Below, piece after piece: positions 56,596 through 57,911 of a stretch of 57,911 bases of DNA (its first letter is position 1; the number at the start of each line of letters is the position of its first letter). This DNA comes from an uncultured Gammaproteobacteria bacterium (GTDB lineage: Bacteria > Patescibacteriota > Microgenomatia > Daviesbacterales > UBA10151): assembly GCA_964489875.1 (NCBI GenBank), contig CAZAZW010000002.1, positions 134,792 to 192,702 of the forward strand, written 5' to 3'. A model generated the notes under the pieces. That model made no database searches, was not told the origin of the DNA, and was given only the letters and a program-made list of their open reading frames with translations. The position numbers and the translations under genes are program-made.

Positions 56596-57911
56596 ATGCT
56601 TCGCCTGTTTTATATCTTTTATCTTCTCAGCAAATATAGCCTGATTCTGCTTTTATCAAAATACGGAATTAGAAAAACCCGCAAACCAAAGCTGATGCGC
56701 CAATTTTTTGAAGAAGCCAGCGGTACTTTTATTAAATTCGGCCAAATGTTAGCCCTCCGGGTAGATATCGTTTCCAGGGAATATTCAATTGAACTGCTGG
56801 GCCTTTTTGACAATGTTAAACCCTTTCCTTATAAGGAAGTAGAAGGAACATTTCTGGATGAGCTAGGAGCAACTCCGGATAAGATTTTTAAAACATTTTC
56901 CCAGGAACCTTTTGCCTCTGCTTCATTCGGACAGGTTCATGGGGCAAAGTTACAAAACGGCAAAACAGTCATAGTCAAAATCCTCCGACCGGGTATAGAA
57001 GGAAAAGCTCAGATTGATTTTTTAATTATTGACCTTTTAGCTTTTACTGCTGACTTGTTTTTTAAGATTGAAGCACTATCTTGGAAGGAATTTGCGGCTG
57101 AATTTAAGGAATGGACTGCAAAAGAGTTTGATTATCGGATTGAAGCGGAAAATGGGGAAAGACTCTATAGAAATCACATTGATAATCCGAATATTTTTAT
57201 CCCCAAAATTTTTCATGAACTGACCACCAAGAAAATCTTGGTTGAAGAATACGTCGACGGCATACAATTAAATAGCCTCCTGACCGGATTGAAGGATGGA
57301 AGGTTAGATGAAACAAAGTTAAAACAGATGAATATAGATTTAAAGAGAGTCGCCCATATTTTGATTTGGGAACTGCAAAAACAATTCTTCTTTCATGAGT
57401 TTTATCATGCCGACCCTCACCCGGGAAACATCATTCTTCTCAGAAACGGTAAAATTGCGCTAATTGACTTCGGAATTGTCGGAGGAGAACCGCTGCCAAA
57501 TAAAAAATACTTCGTCAAATGGGCCAAAGCCACCGGAGATTTTGATTTCAAGAAAGCTTCTTATTGGGCTGCTCATTTTGCCGGAGATGAACTGAAAATC
57601 ATGGCCAGAAGCGCGCTTCCGGCCACCGCCGGTGAAAAAGCCGTCGATGGACTAATTGGTTTGTTGGCAGATCACTTTTCAGACATTGCCCGGGAGATTG
57701 TCACTGAAAACCTAGGTAGTTTAACAACTTTAAAAAAAGATTACGTCACTTTACTGATGCAAATTACCAAAACGGCCAAACAGTACAGAGTTAAATTACC
57801 TAAAGAATTTGTAGTTTTTGGTAGATCTTTAGCTATTTTTGGTTTGCTGGCCAAACACTTGGACCCGGACTTTCGTTTAACTGAAGAAATGAAAAACTTT
57901 TTTCAAGTATA
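56596..57911 (+). CDS. ABC1/AarF/UbiB atypical protein kinase (3' partial)
   Basis: GTFIKFGQ, FASASFGQVH, HADPHPGN, DFG; runs off the window end. Confidence 0.92.
   Translation, partial: MLRLFYIFYLLSKYSLILLLSKYGIRKTRKPKLMRQFFEEASGTFIKFGQMLALRVDIVSREYSIELLGLFDNVKPFPYKEVEGTFLDELGATPDKIFKTFSQEPFASASFGQVHGAKLQNGKTVIVKILRPGIEGKAQIDFLIIDLLAFTADLFFKIEALSWKEFAAEFKEWTAKEFDYRIEAENGERLYRNHIDNPNIFIPKIFHELTTKKILVEEYVDGIQLNSLLTGLKDGRLDETKLKQMNIDLKRVAHILIWELQKQFFFHEFYHADPHPGNIILLRNGKIALIDFGIVGGEPLPNKKYFVKWAKATGDFDFKKASYWAAHFAGDELKIMARSALPATAGEKAVDGLIGLLADHFSDIAREIVTENLGSLTTLKKDYVTLLMQITKTAKQYRVKLPKEFVVFGRSLAIFGLLAKHLDPDFRLTEEMKNFFQV

Overview
57.9-kb bacterial chromosome segment. Gene style (short intergenic gaps, frequent near-leaderless starts, orphan-rich, CPR-type T4SS/ICE) suggests Patescibacteria/CPR, probably Microgenomates-like; this is inference. 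1-22 kb holds envelope and stress genes: S9 hydrolase, C39-TPR protein, LamG-SGNH esterase, msrAB, an ECF sigma/anti-sigma pair with two DUF5666-like targets, GT4, class A PBP, D,D-carboxypeptidase, a GH18-GH19 fusion, rhomboid, sensor-fused otsA, otsB, GH63, a candidate ncRNA and tRNA-Gln. 22100-45383 is a ~23.3-kb integrative conjugative element inserted at the 3' end of tRNA-Gly(GCC), bounded by a 14-bp direct repeat. It encodes a large serine recombinase, a coupling ATPase, a Replic_Relax-type protein and a minimal VirB2/VirB6/PrgI/VirB4/M23 module. The att site lies inside the recombinase reading frame, so excision would give the enzyme a different, longer C-terminus coupled to a PLD nuclease gene. 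The most novel cargo (33071-39693) comprises two tandem-repeat proteins, a micro-ORF, an SNF2-like helicase-methyltransferase fusion and a divergent AAG-type DNA glycosylase. Three of these proteins, from two unrelated families, end in the same P(D/E)EA(N/D)xELxKL tag. 45.4-57.9 kb holds tRNAs, glmS and a radC-mazG-EVE/nuclease operon. These are followed by a cassette-like run of orphan genes separated by repeated 3' tails of a type IIG R-M gene, then two tRNA-Leu, a yvcK-like gene and a partial ABC1 kinase.
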